Of a stretch of 64,000 nucleotides of DNA, positions 52,934 to 64,000 are shown piece after piece; position 1 is the first letter of the stretch, and the number at the start of each line of letters is the position of its first letter. The translations under genes were made by a program, and so were the position numbers. The stretch is from Felis catus. Lineage: Eukaryota. The notes under the pieces are model-generated. The model made no database searches and was not told the DNA's origin. It saw only the letters and a list, made by a program, of their open reading frames with translations. The stretch is from NCBI RefSeq assembly GCF_018350175.1, contig NC_058373.1:108192001-108256000 (forward strand), given 5' to 3'.

Positions 52934-54543
52934 AAAAATGTCTTTTTAAAGAGGAGTATGATTGCATTTCTGTTCATAAAAATATATGTAGACATAAACA
53001 CAATATATATCATTGAAGAAATCTAGAAGCTTTTTAACAGTGGTTAATTCTCAGGGATGGGATCATGGAAAATTTCCAAGTCCATAAATTTCTGTAATGT
53101 TTGAATTTTATGTGATAACTATATGTTACTTTAGTAATCGGGAAAATCCAGAGATTTTTTATTTTTAATAAAATAAATGTAACAATAATTTCATAGGCTT
53201 AAGACAAGTAGAGGGATTGGTATGAAAAAAAGTCAGGGTAGTTGGAAGTATAGAGTGACTCCATTTTGCTTGGAGTGTAAAGGATGGGTTGAGGAGTTAA
53301 TGTAGAAAAATATGTTGAGGATTCTATTGTGACCAGCCCTGAAATGTGGAACCAGCAGACTTTGGTAGGCAGTGGGGAGTCATCTGAGACTTCTGAGCAA
53401 GAAAGTGGTATGACCAGTTTTCTTTGAAGAAAATCAATCTGGGAGTAGTATGGTGGGTAGGTGGGGACAAACTGAAAATAGGAACACTAAGTAAAAGGCT
53501 GTTTAGGAGTAATGAGCATCTGGCCAGGTGGTGGTAGGAATTAGACAAGCAGACGAACAGATAGGAGAACCAATGTCTATAACCAAACGTAGATGCAATT
53601 TAGAGGTATGTCACCAAACACAGAGGCTGATGGAGAGGGGTGAGATAAGGATGCTTAATGCAACTGAAGGAGTATTGGTGCCTTTAACAGGAATAATGAT
53701 CACAGGGTGAAGATTTCTTTTGGGGTAGAATTTGCCCTGATCTGCCTTTTCAGGTTCAATTCCTATAAGAGCCGTCTGGCACATAAGTAACTGCTCAGTG
53801 TATTGGTTGGATTTACGTAAATTTGTATTATTTAAGCTCCAGCTATATCTGTTCCCGATTCCTAGACCATAGCATGCACATTTCTAGGAGGACATCAATA
53901 ATAGTAATGATATGGTTGTGAAGAAGATAGCGGCTATTATTTATGCCACATTTATGATCTGCCACAGTTTTTTCACATGTCCAAGGTCACCTAGCTATAA
54001 ATAGAGCTGAGATTTGAATAGCATTCTGTCTGAATACAAGCCTGAATCTTCAATTGCTATACTTGCTGTTTCTCAGGTAACTGGAAATAAGGATCTGGAG
54101 CTCAAATTAGACATGCAGTTAGGTACATTGTATTCTAGCTGCATGTCTAGTAACCATTGTTTTGAGATTGAGCATTAGTCTTTAGTTATAATTGTGTCCC
54201 ACACTGGTAGCTTTGAGCACAGTATAACCATCTACCTGATACCCTCTGGGGAGTTACTGTTTGTGATAACTGAGATTAATGATTTAAATGTCAAAATTTA
54301 CTTTTTAAAAGTTTATTTATTCTGGTTAATATCTTTCTAAAACATTCTTCTCTGTATATTTCTTGTTTTCTACAATGTGCACTTATTTTTATAATGAGAA
54401 AAATACTAAAATGTATTTTCTGCTCTCCTTTTTTCTAGAACAGTGTACCCTAAACATAAATTTTCTCTTTACGACTCAGAGTTATCATCATAAGCATATT
54501 ACATTACTGGGTTTTATAATAATTGTATCAAGAAATATGTTAA

Positions 54544-54760
54544 GGGGCACCTGGGGGGCTCAGTTGGTTAAGCATCCAACTTCGGCTCAGGTCATGGTCT
54601 CTCAGTTCATGAGTTCAAACCCCATGTCGGGCTCTGTGCTGACAGCTCAGAGCCTGGAGCCTGCTTCAGAGTCTGTGTCTCCCTCTCTCTGCCCCCTCCA
54701 CCACTCGTGTGCTGTCTCTCTCTCTCTCTGTCTCAAAAATAAATAAACATTAAAAAAAAT
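54544..54760 (+). mobile_element. SINEC_Fc
   Basis: TSD aaatatgttaag. Confidence 0.93.
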
Positions 54761-55218
54761 ATGTTAAGTGTGGGGAAATTTATCTTTATACTTATGGCTT
54801 CATGATACAGTACTTTGTCAGCTCTTAGGTCTTGTTTTGTAAAAATTTTTTCTGTTATATTTATTGTGGTTGGGTGTCTTATTTCTACTCTCATTGTGGC
54901 TTGTTGCAATTTTTGGCCCTTTTGCTCCTTCTTAACTGTAATGGTTTAGGAAACTGGGTGGCCATTCAATTCAGTTTTTATGTACAATAAATGCAATCAG
55001 GTTCTGGATAAAGGCCTGGATAAATAAATGCAACATACTGGTGACTGAAGTTCATAAGCTTTATTTACGGTGTGGACTTTGAGATAAACATCTGAAGTTT
55101 TGTGTGCCTACTTCCTGGTTCCTTGTATTTGTATTGTACTTCTTGGTTTGTATTTGGTTTCCAAATACAAAAGCACTGTATTTGTTTTTAAGAGCTTCTA
55201 GAGAACGTTGCTTTTTAG

Positions 55219-55445
55219 TTTTTTTTTTTAAATTTTTTTTTTCAATGTTTATTTATTTTTGGGACAGAGAGAGACAGAGCATGAACGGGGGAGGGGCAGA
55301 GAGAGAGGGAGACACAGAATTGGAAACAGGCTCCAGGCTCTGAGCCATCAGCCCAGAGCCCGACGCGGGGCTCGAACTCCCGGACCGCGAGATGGTGACC
55401 TGGCTGAAGTCGGACGCTTAACCGACTGCACCACCCAGGCGCCCC
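55219..55445 (-). mobile_element. Young SINEC_Fc
   Basis: CpG-intact consensus-like copy. Confidence 0.95.
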
Positions 55446-55738
55446 ATTAGTTTTTAAACTTAATGTAGAAATCCATCTCTAAAATGTAGTTAATCGTCAT
55501 GTGACTAGATGAAAACTTGTTTCTCAGCTGTCAGTTTTTAACTCAGTCCGTTGACATTGTTGGATAGATTGTTAGGTTGTAAATGTGAAATTAGGGAAAA
55601 ACCATTAATAATGGATATGGATGGACATTGCTAAAAGATTGTGAAGAACAGTATCAGTAACTTTGAGTAGATTGTACTGATTATAATTCTGCAAATTGAA
55701 AAATTTTATAGGTTCAAGTTAAAAAAAAAGTGATTAGA

Positions 55739-55965
55739 GGGGCGCCTGGGTGGCGCAGTCGGTTAAGCGTCCGACTTCAGCCAGGTCACTATCTCGCGGC
55801 CCGTGAGTTCGAGCCCCGCGTCAGGCTCTGGGCTGATGGCTCGGAGCCTGGAGCCTATTTCCGATTCTGTGTCTCCCTCTCTCTCTGCCCCTCCCCCATT
55901 CATGCTCTGTCTCTCTCTGTCCCAAAAATAAATAAAAACGTTGAAAAAAAAATTAAAAAAAAAAA
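55739..55965 (+). mobile_element. Young SINEC_Fc
   Basis: TSD aaaaagtgattaga. Confidence 0.95.
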
Positions 55966-56778
55966 GTGATTAGATATACAAAAAGATTTCCTAAAACTAC
56001 CATCTTAAAAATCATGTAGTAATTTACTATAATTAGTATTTATGATTTGCAAGTAAAGGTAAAATTCTATTTTAATGACTTGAAACTTGGTATTATTTTA
56101 TTAAGCTTGAATTGTGTTTAAATGGAAGCTTATTACCGTTTACTCAACTCTACCTTAGAGCAGTCTATTCACTGCATAAAGTCTATACTCCATTAAGGTC
56201 CCAAGCATACATACGTTCAGAGTAGAAAGCTTAAACTTATTTTCATTTAATTTCTTGCCTTTTGCACTGATAGGTACATATTAGCATATGTGCTAAATGA
56301 AATACTGTGGTATAAAAAAAGTCAAATCCATATTTAATCATTTAATAAATATTTGTTGAGGCTGTACTATATGCGAGGCACTTTTCTAAGTGCTGGGGGT
56401 ACCTTAACTTAAATCAAAATCTATCTTTGTGAAACTTACATTCGAGTGGGAGGAGGCAGACCATAGAGAAAGAAATTCACATATAATAATAGATCAGGTG
56501 GTAAAAGGATGGGGAAAAGAATAAGGCAGCATAAGGATTAGAGAATGACTGGATGTGGGTGTTGATGTTGGGACCTAAAAATTACATGCTAAATGGGACC
56601 TGATAAGACAACGGTGTTTCATAAATTTGATTATGATATTTCTTCAGGCACCAGAAGGTTGATGTAGAAAAATCTTTTGGAAAATGGAAATTCAATGGCA
56701 AATTATGACTAGAGAAATCTGTCTTGTAGAATATATATAGTGAGAAAAGAAAGTATACATTTAAAAACAAGGCCATTT

Positions 56779-57006
56779 GGGGCGCCTGGGTGGCGCAGTC
56801 GGTTAAGCGTCCGACTTCAGCCAGGTCACGATCTCGTGGTCCGTGAGTTTGAGCCTCGCGTCAGGCTCTGGGCTGATGGCTCAGAGCCTGGAGCCTGTTT
56901 CCGATTCTGTGTCTCCCTCTCTCTCTGCCCCTCCCCCGTTCATGCTCTGTCTCTCTCTGTCCCAAAAATAAATAAACGTTGAAAAAAAAAATTAAAAAAA
57001 AAAAAC
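56779..57006 (+). mobile_element. Young SINEC_Fc
   Basis: TSD aaaacaaggccatt. Confidence 0.95.
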
Positions 57007-57417
57007 AAAACAAGGCCATTAACTTTAAAATTAAATTTGTGATTAGTTAATAAAGTTGAAATAACACACATGATTATTCCCTGATGTCTGTAGATATAAC
57101 CCATGATGTGTGTGAATAAAGCTTGAGTGTGTGAATAAAGCTCATGTTTGGTTAATTTCATTTTTCCCCTTTTTCTCCATTTTCTTTACTTTAATGGAAG
57201 ACTTAGGTTATTTTCAAAGCATAGATACAAATGTATTAGTACTTAAAGACAGATACATGTTTTAAAATGCATATTTCTCTTTATCATTACAATTTTAGCT
57301 TTTAGTTTAAATATCTAATTTTTGTTATTGTAATAATGACATTATTTGTGTAAAAAATTTTCTCAAAGACTAACATTCTTTGCTTTTGTATAAAATCATT
57401 TTCCCAACTATTTCCAG

Positions 57418-57516
57418 ATGACATGCAGAATGTACATAAAGAAGATAAATCTTTAAGGCTGAGTATGCCTGTAATTACAGAAGAAGAAGAGGACAATGAA
57501 AGTTTTAGTGAAACAG
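57418..57516 (+). CDS. SNAPC1: SNAPC1 exon 9
   Basis: ccag|ATGACATG...ACAG|gtacag; 99 nt; DMQNVHKEDKSLRLSMPVITEEEEDNESFSET. Confidence 0.93.
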
Positions 57517-58029
57517 GTACAGATGAAATTTTGTTAAGCTCCTGATGGAAGGTTTTGGTCTTAGAGTGTCAAGGTTTAGAGTCCTTAAAGAGCTTGATGA
57601 TTGGCTGTATATTCCTGTGGTACTTTCTTCTTTGACATTTGGGGAATTTTAGTATTAATATACCATAAATCATGACACTTTAAATGTTAAGACAATAAAT
57701 AAATGGAAAGGAGAGGTAGTGGTCGATTGAGGTGAGAAGTGAAGGTAACATTCTGTTATTAGTAAGTGAATATGCCTCATCATGAGGATGTCTGCTTGAG
57801 TACTCCTAACAAATGGCAAGGTTCACAAGTTACAAATTTTTGGATAAAACTTTAAAAAGATTTTATTGTTAAAAAATAGTTATTTCAAATTCTAAGGAAA
57901 AATTTTCACCTATGAAATGATGATTGTAAGTATTTAGTGGTAAATTGCATGATGTGAATTAAAATGGCTATACCTTTTAGTGTAGTTGTAGTTTTCATAA
58001 TTTGTAGTTTTATTAAACAAGTTTATTTT

Positions 58030-58285
58030 TTTTGTTTGTTTTGTTTTTTTTTAAAGACTTTTTTTTTTTAATTTTTTTTTTTCAACGTTTATTTATTTTT
58101 GGGACAGAGAGAGACAGAGCATGAATGGGGGAGGGGCAGAGAGAGAGGGAGACACAGAATCAGAAACCGGCTCCAGGCTCTGAGCCATCAGCCCAGAGCC
58201 CAACGCGGGGCTGGAACTTGCGGACCGTGAGATCGTGACCTGGCTGAAGTCGGACGCTTAACCAACTGCGCCACCCAGGCGCCCC
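58030..58285 (-). mobile_element. Young SINEC_Fc
   Basis: Imperfect TSD taaacaa(ca)gttta. Confidence 0.95.
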
Positions 58286-58932
58286 TAAACAACAGTTTAA
58301 ATAATATTACCTCTGGTAATGATAGTATTACAGAGAATAAGTTATATTTAGCAGGCTAGGCTTGATAATTGGTAATCCAATAATGAATATAATGTGGATT
58401 AAGAATAATGTGTAAGGACTTGTTTCATTTTTGCTCTGTATTCATTCAACATTTGTTGAGTGACTATCATGTTTCAAACACTTAGCTATGTACAGGGCTA
58501 CAAAGACATATACTACTAGAATTTAAGAACCATTTTATTTTGATCACAGTTATGTAGATCTGAGCAGTGACTGGCTCATAGTAGACTTAAGTAAATGTTT
58601 ATTGAATGAATCAGATAAGTCTGTGCCTTCAAGAACCTTACAGTTTAGTTAGGGAGAAAAACAACCCAGTTCATTATGGTAGAAACAGGGTGTTATTCAA
58701 GTATATAGAAGACAAAGAATAGACATCTAAAAGGGAATATTTGTACCTTCAGAAATGTGAGTGCTTCTGTGATTTGCTTATGGCAGCGTAAAATAGTTCT
58801 TTACAATCTTGTGATGAATTTCACAATAGTTTCTTTCTAGTCTTGGTTGGGAACTTTATTTTGTGAGTCAACAATTAAACACACATACACACTTTTATGG
58901 CTGTTTGGCAAGTCCCATTTTTGTCAGTTTGT

Positions 58933-59098
58933 GGGGCACCTGGGTGGCTCAGTCGGTTTAGCCTCCGACTCTTGATATCAGTTTAGATCATGATTTCACG
59001 GTTCGTGGGACAGAGCTGTTAGCAGAGCCTGCTTGGGATTTGTTCTCTCTGCCCCTCCCCCCTCTCAAAATAAATAAATAAACATTAAAAAAAATAAA
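58933..59098 (+). mobile_element. Can-SINE with internal deletion
   Basis: Flanking tcagtttgtg duplication. Confidence 0.85.
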
Positions 59099-60390
59099 AT
59101 CTTTCAGTTTGTGATTTCTAAAAATTTGGTTAAATCATGACATATGCACATGATTTAACAAAATGATTTTATAATATTCATGATAAGAAGCCACAGTCTT
59201 CTGACTTTGACTCCTATTTCATTCTTTCTTCATCACTTTTGACTCTTTATTGTTTTGGTGTTTATTACCTCCATGTCTTTAAATAATAGGTGTATTTTGT
59301 CACTTCTTTTGTGGATTATCTCTTGACTTTCCACTGAGGAAGGCAAGGATTTAAGTCTCTTTAATATATTTTCACATCCCACCTCAAACACATGTATACT
59401 TCCCAGTTCCAGCCTCCCAATTTAATTATTATTTTACTTATATCAGTATTCAGCATTTACAAAACATTACTGGCAATAGAGCCATGTAATATAGTATGAT
59501 TCTTCCTTAATCTGTAGATTTGTTATTTTTCCTTATTTTTTGCCTTATTTATTTTTTCTATAGACTTAAACACTGATTTTTCCTCAAACTTTTCCTCATT
59601 TGTATAAATCTCCTCTTAGGACATTCACACACATGAGGCATTTTGTCAGTTTCATCTTTTTAAAGAAGTCTCTTGCTGACCTCTGAACCTGCTTTACTGT
59701 GGAAAGTTTGCTGTCTTGGTCTGCTGCACTCCATCCTGGCCATTGCTCTCTTCTAGGAATCTAGAAGATTGTTGGAATCTCTTTTTCTTCTTAGTTTCTT
59801 CCTTGTTTTTTCTCATTCCTTTTCCTGTCACTCCTCTTTTGTTTTTCATTGGTGGGGAATATTTCACTTCTTCACATCTTTCATAATTTTCATGTTTTTG
59901 TATCTTCTGTTATTTTGTTTTAATGATCTGTAATTTTTAGGTTCACAGCTATTTCTAGATAAACACTCAGTTAGTGTTAGTTGTGGCATCTGCTGTTGTA
60001 TCCGAAAAGATGTATGGTACTAGGGGTTTGGGTTACATTTTCAGGTTTAATTGAAATGAAAATCACATCTTTATCTCTCTTTGCACTGGTCTGTATACCT
60101 TTCAGATCTGGTTTACTGGGTCTGTGTTAGTTATAGGGAGAGCATACCCCTATGAAACAACTTCAAAGTAGCCAATTATTAAATAGGATTTAGGAAGACT
60201 AGGACCTACCTTAGTAGATTTTCAACTGCAGTGTATCCTTTTGAAGAAAATCATGTATGTTGGTGTAGGATTTATTTTTGGAGCTTTGTTTGAAGGCATT
60301 CCAATTAAGCAGCTATATAGTTTAAATGTATGTTATCAGTTAAAGTATTATTTTTTAGACCTGACAGCCTTCTTAATTTTATGTCTTTAG

Positions 60391-60443
60391 AGTTCACGGC
60401 ACCCAAGAGGAAAAGAAAATCCAGAACAAAGAACCTGGTGTAG
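60391..60443 (+). CDS. SNAPC1: SNAPC1 exon 10 coding part, stop TAG 60441-60443
   Basis: ttag|AGTTCACG; (E)FTAPKRKRKSRTKNLV*; exon lengths sum to 1128 nt = 375 aa + stop. Confidence 0.9.
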
Positions 60444-60608
60444 AGTTCTTAATTTTGACCTTTCTGAAAGAAGAAAAGATTATATTTTTTGTATATTGAA
60501 CAGGAAGACTGTCAGTATTAAAAATAATTCTTCTGGGAAACTGTAGGTTATTTCTTTGAAATGACAATATCTTAACATAGTTCTATACTAAAGGAACAAA
60601 AAATTAGA

Positions 60609-60676
60609 AATAAAAATTTACTTCAGAATTTAATTTTAACATTTCTGTTTATGAAGTCTGCATAAATGGAAATAAA
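60609..60676 (+). terminator. Candidate SNAPC1 poly(A) signals (AATAAA 60609 and 60671; another at 61501)
   Basis: AATAAA hexamers 165-230 nt after the stop; usage unknown. Confidence 0.55.
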
Positions 60677-62699
60677 GTTTGGATTTAGAATGTAAAAGAA
60701 ATAATCCCGTTATTTGCAGATTATTACTGTTTCTGAAAACTTTTTGTGATGTTTTATTACTACAGTTCTGATAATATTAACTATTTAAAATACTTGTTCT
60801 TGAAATAGTAATGTTTATTACATGCAAGTGGTTAATTATATTTATAGTCTGGTAATGGATTTGTTTATGATGTGTATTAACTATTCTATATATTGTATGG
60901 TTGAGTGCAATACAATTTTTGCCTTATTTGCTTTATTTTTAAACCTATGAAACTTCTGTGGTCCGTAACTTAAATGATTGATAATTTAGGAAGCTCAGTT
61001 TCTACTTCTGCAATCAATTAAATATTCTCCGGTGCTTGTTTCAAAGCTCCCTTTGGCCTAACATTTATGAATGTATGTATGTTTGTTTGTGTATATATAG
61101 ATACATGTAGGCATGTGTCCATATGTACATATATGATTAGTTCAGTACATTATTTAAATATATTTAAATACTAATTATTTCTGACAAAACCTTTAAGAGT
61201 GGTAATGTGAATTCTAGAATGAGTCGTACATACAGAAAAAAATGTCTATAGCTTTGTGGATGTGCGTCTGTTTAATTTCTCATTTAAGACCTTTAAATGG
61301 AGATCACTTAAGTTATGTTGTTTGAATTGCTGCCATTAGCAGACCATCTCCGACCATGTAGTTGGCTCCACTTGCCTTACAGTTGATTATACTCCATGTT
61401 GTCTTCTAGCATTGTAAATTCAGGAATTTTGCAAATGTCCTGTGAGTGAAAATGTGTGATATCTGTCATCTTTTAAAATCAAAATACTAATGCTAGCCCA
61501 AATAAACTGTTATAAGAATCTATGATATCACATTTGTTATCAAAAAAAATTGTTTCCCCTGATTTCAGATATTCCCAGTAGTAGATGGGGTGGTTTTCAT
61601 AATGTGGACATTGGGTAGAGCTTCTGGGATTTAAAAATTCTAGTGTTAGGGCACTTGGAGGTATGGATCTGTTATTGGCCTCTTGTGTACTAGGTTACTT
61701 ACTAGAGCTTGTCTGATCATTAACATTTACAGACATTGTAAAGCTAAAGTTGCCCTCTGTTTTTGCATAATAGTACTTACAAAATACAAGGTTGTCATTT
61801 CACTTATACAATGAAGAAACTCTGTCTTAAGATGGTAAGTGCCTGGCCCACATTCACAGCGTTCGTAAGTGATGCATCTGGGATACAAATACAGGACTCT
61901 TGCCTATAATTTCAGTGTCATTTTACATAAGACAAAAGAACTGGAAATCCAGAGGAATACTCTGGACTGTAAGCAATAATACCCTATTTCACAGTGGCTT
62001 AAGCAGTAAGGAAAGTTTAAAACCAGTTAAGTCTCAGTGTAGGGTGGGTCTGAGTTATCAAGTACGTCTGTCCCATGATGGCTTCATATGCCAGGTTTGG
62101 GTCCTCAGGGAAAGCTGTATTTCTGCGTAGGGAACTGTTCACCAGCCAAGTTCCCAGATGTCAGCCAGGGACCAGCCTTGCAAGCCAACCTTTCTAAGGA
62201 TTGCAGTCTCAGGCCTGCTGGGGTGCCTCTTTTGTGCACAGATTCGTCTCATTTTTCACTATTTCAAACAGTGCTGTGTTGATCTTCATGTGTATATCTT
62301 GGCTCACTTAGGCTGGGATTTCTGTTGGATAAACTACACATGAATTTGCATGTTGTACTATGTGAATATATGTAAAATTTTGTCAATTATTGCCAAATTG
62401 AAATCCAAAAGGACTGCCAATTTACTTTCCTTCTAACAGTATTTACAAAGGACTTGCCACGTCTCCGTTACACTTGCTATCAATCTGTAATTTTTGCCAG
62501 TTGAATATAGCCTGAATCTTAACAGCAGAAAATGTAGAAAGACCATTAAAAGTAACAAAATTGTATTAAACAGTTGTGAGTTGTTATATAGCCACATCTG
62601 ACACAGTATAATGCTTTAGCTGATAGCAAGTTTTTCATGAATATATGATGATGATAGCATGTGAATCACTTGATAATTTGCTTTAAATATGAAATTGAA

Positions 62700-62926
62700 G
62701 GGGCGCCTGGGTGGCGTAGTCGGTTAAGCGTCCGACTTCAGCCAGGTCACGATCTCGCGGTCCGTGAGTTCGAGCCCCGCGTCGGGCTCTGGGCTGATGG
62801 CTCAGAGCCTGGAGCCTGTTTCCGATTCTGTGTCTCCCTCTCTCTCTGCCCCTCCCCCGTTCATGCTCTGTCTCTCTCTATCCCCAAAATAAATAAATGT
62901 TGAAAAAAAAAATTAAAAAAAAAATA
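62700..62926 (+). mobile_element. Young SINEC_Fc
   Basis: TSD aaatatgaaattgaag. Confidence 0.95.
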
Positions 62927-63183
62927 AATATGAAATTGAAGTTTATTAAATAGAATTCAAATAGAAAATATTTGTGTTTAACAGTGGGATTTCAGAATTA
63001 AAATGTGGTGTCATAATACTTGCTACCTACTAAATTAAGTTCTTTGTATTGTCAACTTGATTATAATGCTGCTTCAAGTCATAAATACATGATTTTAATA
63101 TTAAATACTTACTAATTTTTTAGAAGGAAGAGCAGTTGTGTGGCAGTGTTTATAGTCACAAGATATATTTTAAAACCATTCCA

Positions 63184-63396
63184 GGGGTACCTGGGTGCTC
63201 AGTCAGTTAAGCTTCTGACTCCTGATTTCTGCTCTGGTTATGATCTTATGGTTCATGGGATCAAGCCCCACGTCGGGCTCTGCACTGACAGCATGGAGCC
63301 TGCTTGAGATTCTCTCCCCCAGTCTCTGCCCCTCCCCCTGTTTCAGGCTCTCTCACGCTCTTTCATTCTCTCAAAAATAAATATATAAACATTAAA
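63184..63396 (+). mobile_element. Can-SINE
   Basis: Typical head and tail. Confidence 0.87.
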
Positions 63397-64000
63397 ATTC
63401 CACTTTCAGAAATCTTAATATATGAAAGTGCTGTTCAAAGTAGAGGCTTGGAATTTGAGTAGCTTTAATGTCATATGCCAGGCTTACTTGGAGTATTTAA
63501 AAACAAGCCATGAATAAAAGAAGTGGAGCCATATAGGAAATGGAGCTTGTGTAGATACTGATTAGGGCAACATTTTTCACTTTGAAAACAAGATATTGTA
63601 ATTTATGTCTTCAGAAGAAAGTGACCCTGTGTGTTTTCTTTTCTGATACTCTTGAATTTATGTTGTAAGCACACCTATGATCCCATCTGGGTTTATAACC
63701 CCTTAATGCCTCAAAGGCTCCCTGTGAGTGGACATTTTTAATGTGGGGAAACATCCCCAGTCTCTTTAATACCCGGTTAAAGTGCTTATTCCCTGAAACG
63801 GACACGGTTGTATCATCTGCAAGCTCTTTCTTACTGCCAAAGGAGAGATCATGAACCAACTTTTAGGCAAGGATTTTGTTTTCTTACAGGCATTTCCAGA
63901 ACAGTGGTACAATAGGGAAATGTATTAAAAATGCATTTATCTAAATGATTTGTGTACCTGTAATTTTCTGAACTAGAAACTAGAGAGTCAAATAGTTGTA

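Noticed and set aside
57107..57142. Short direct repeats (gtgtgtgaataaagct x2; also ~9283, ~35900, ~49563) as an array
   Set aside because: Two-copy slippage duplications with no spacers; nothing CRISPR-like in this eukaryotic window.

Overview
Mammalian genomic DNA, almost certainly felid (dense tRNA-derived Can-SINE/SINEC_Fc copies, carnivore-type L1). It holds the 3' half of HIF1A (+ strand, exons 7-15, 1712-13021, 3'UTR to ~14190) and the complete SNAPC1 coding region (+ strand, 10 exons, 27410-60443, 375 aa by my exon sum). An orphan CpG island (~16930-17270) about 2.8 kb past the HIF1A poly(A) signal carries clustered HIF-binding motifs and minus-strand splice donors. It looks like a hypoxia-driven antisense promoter aimed back into HIF1A (HIF1A-AS2/AS3-like loop). 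Other notable structure: a twin-primed 5'-inverted L1; a full-length dead L1 nested in a SINE tail just after SNAPC1 exon 7, whose 5'UTR has an antisense ATG plus splice donor in frame with SNAPC1 exon 8; an apparent stop-loss extension of SNAPC1; and young inverted SINEs bracketing SNAPC1 exon 9. Human comparisons are from memory, not alignment, and repeat boundaries are approximate.
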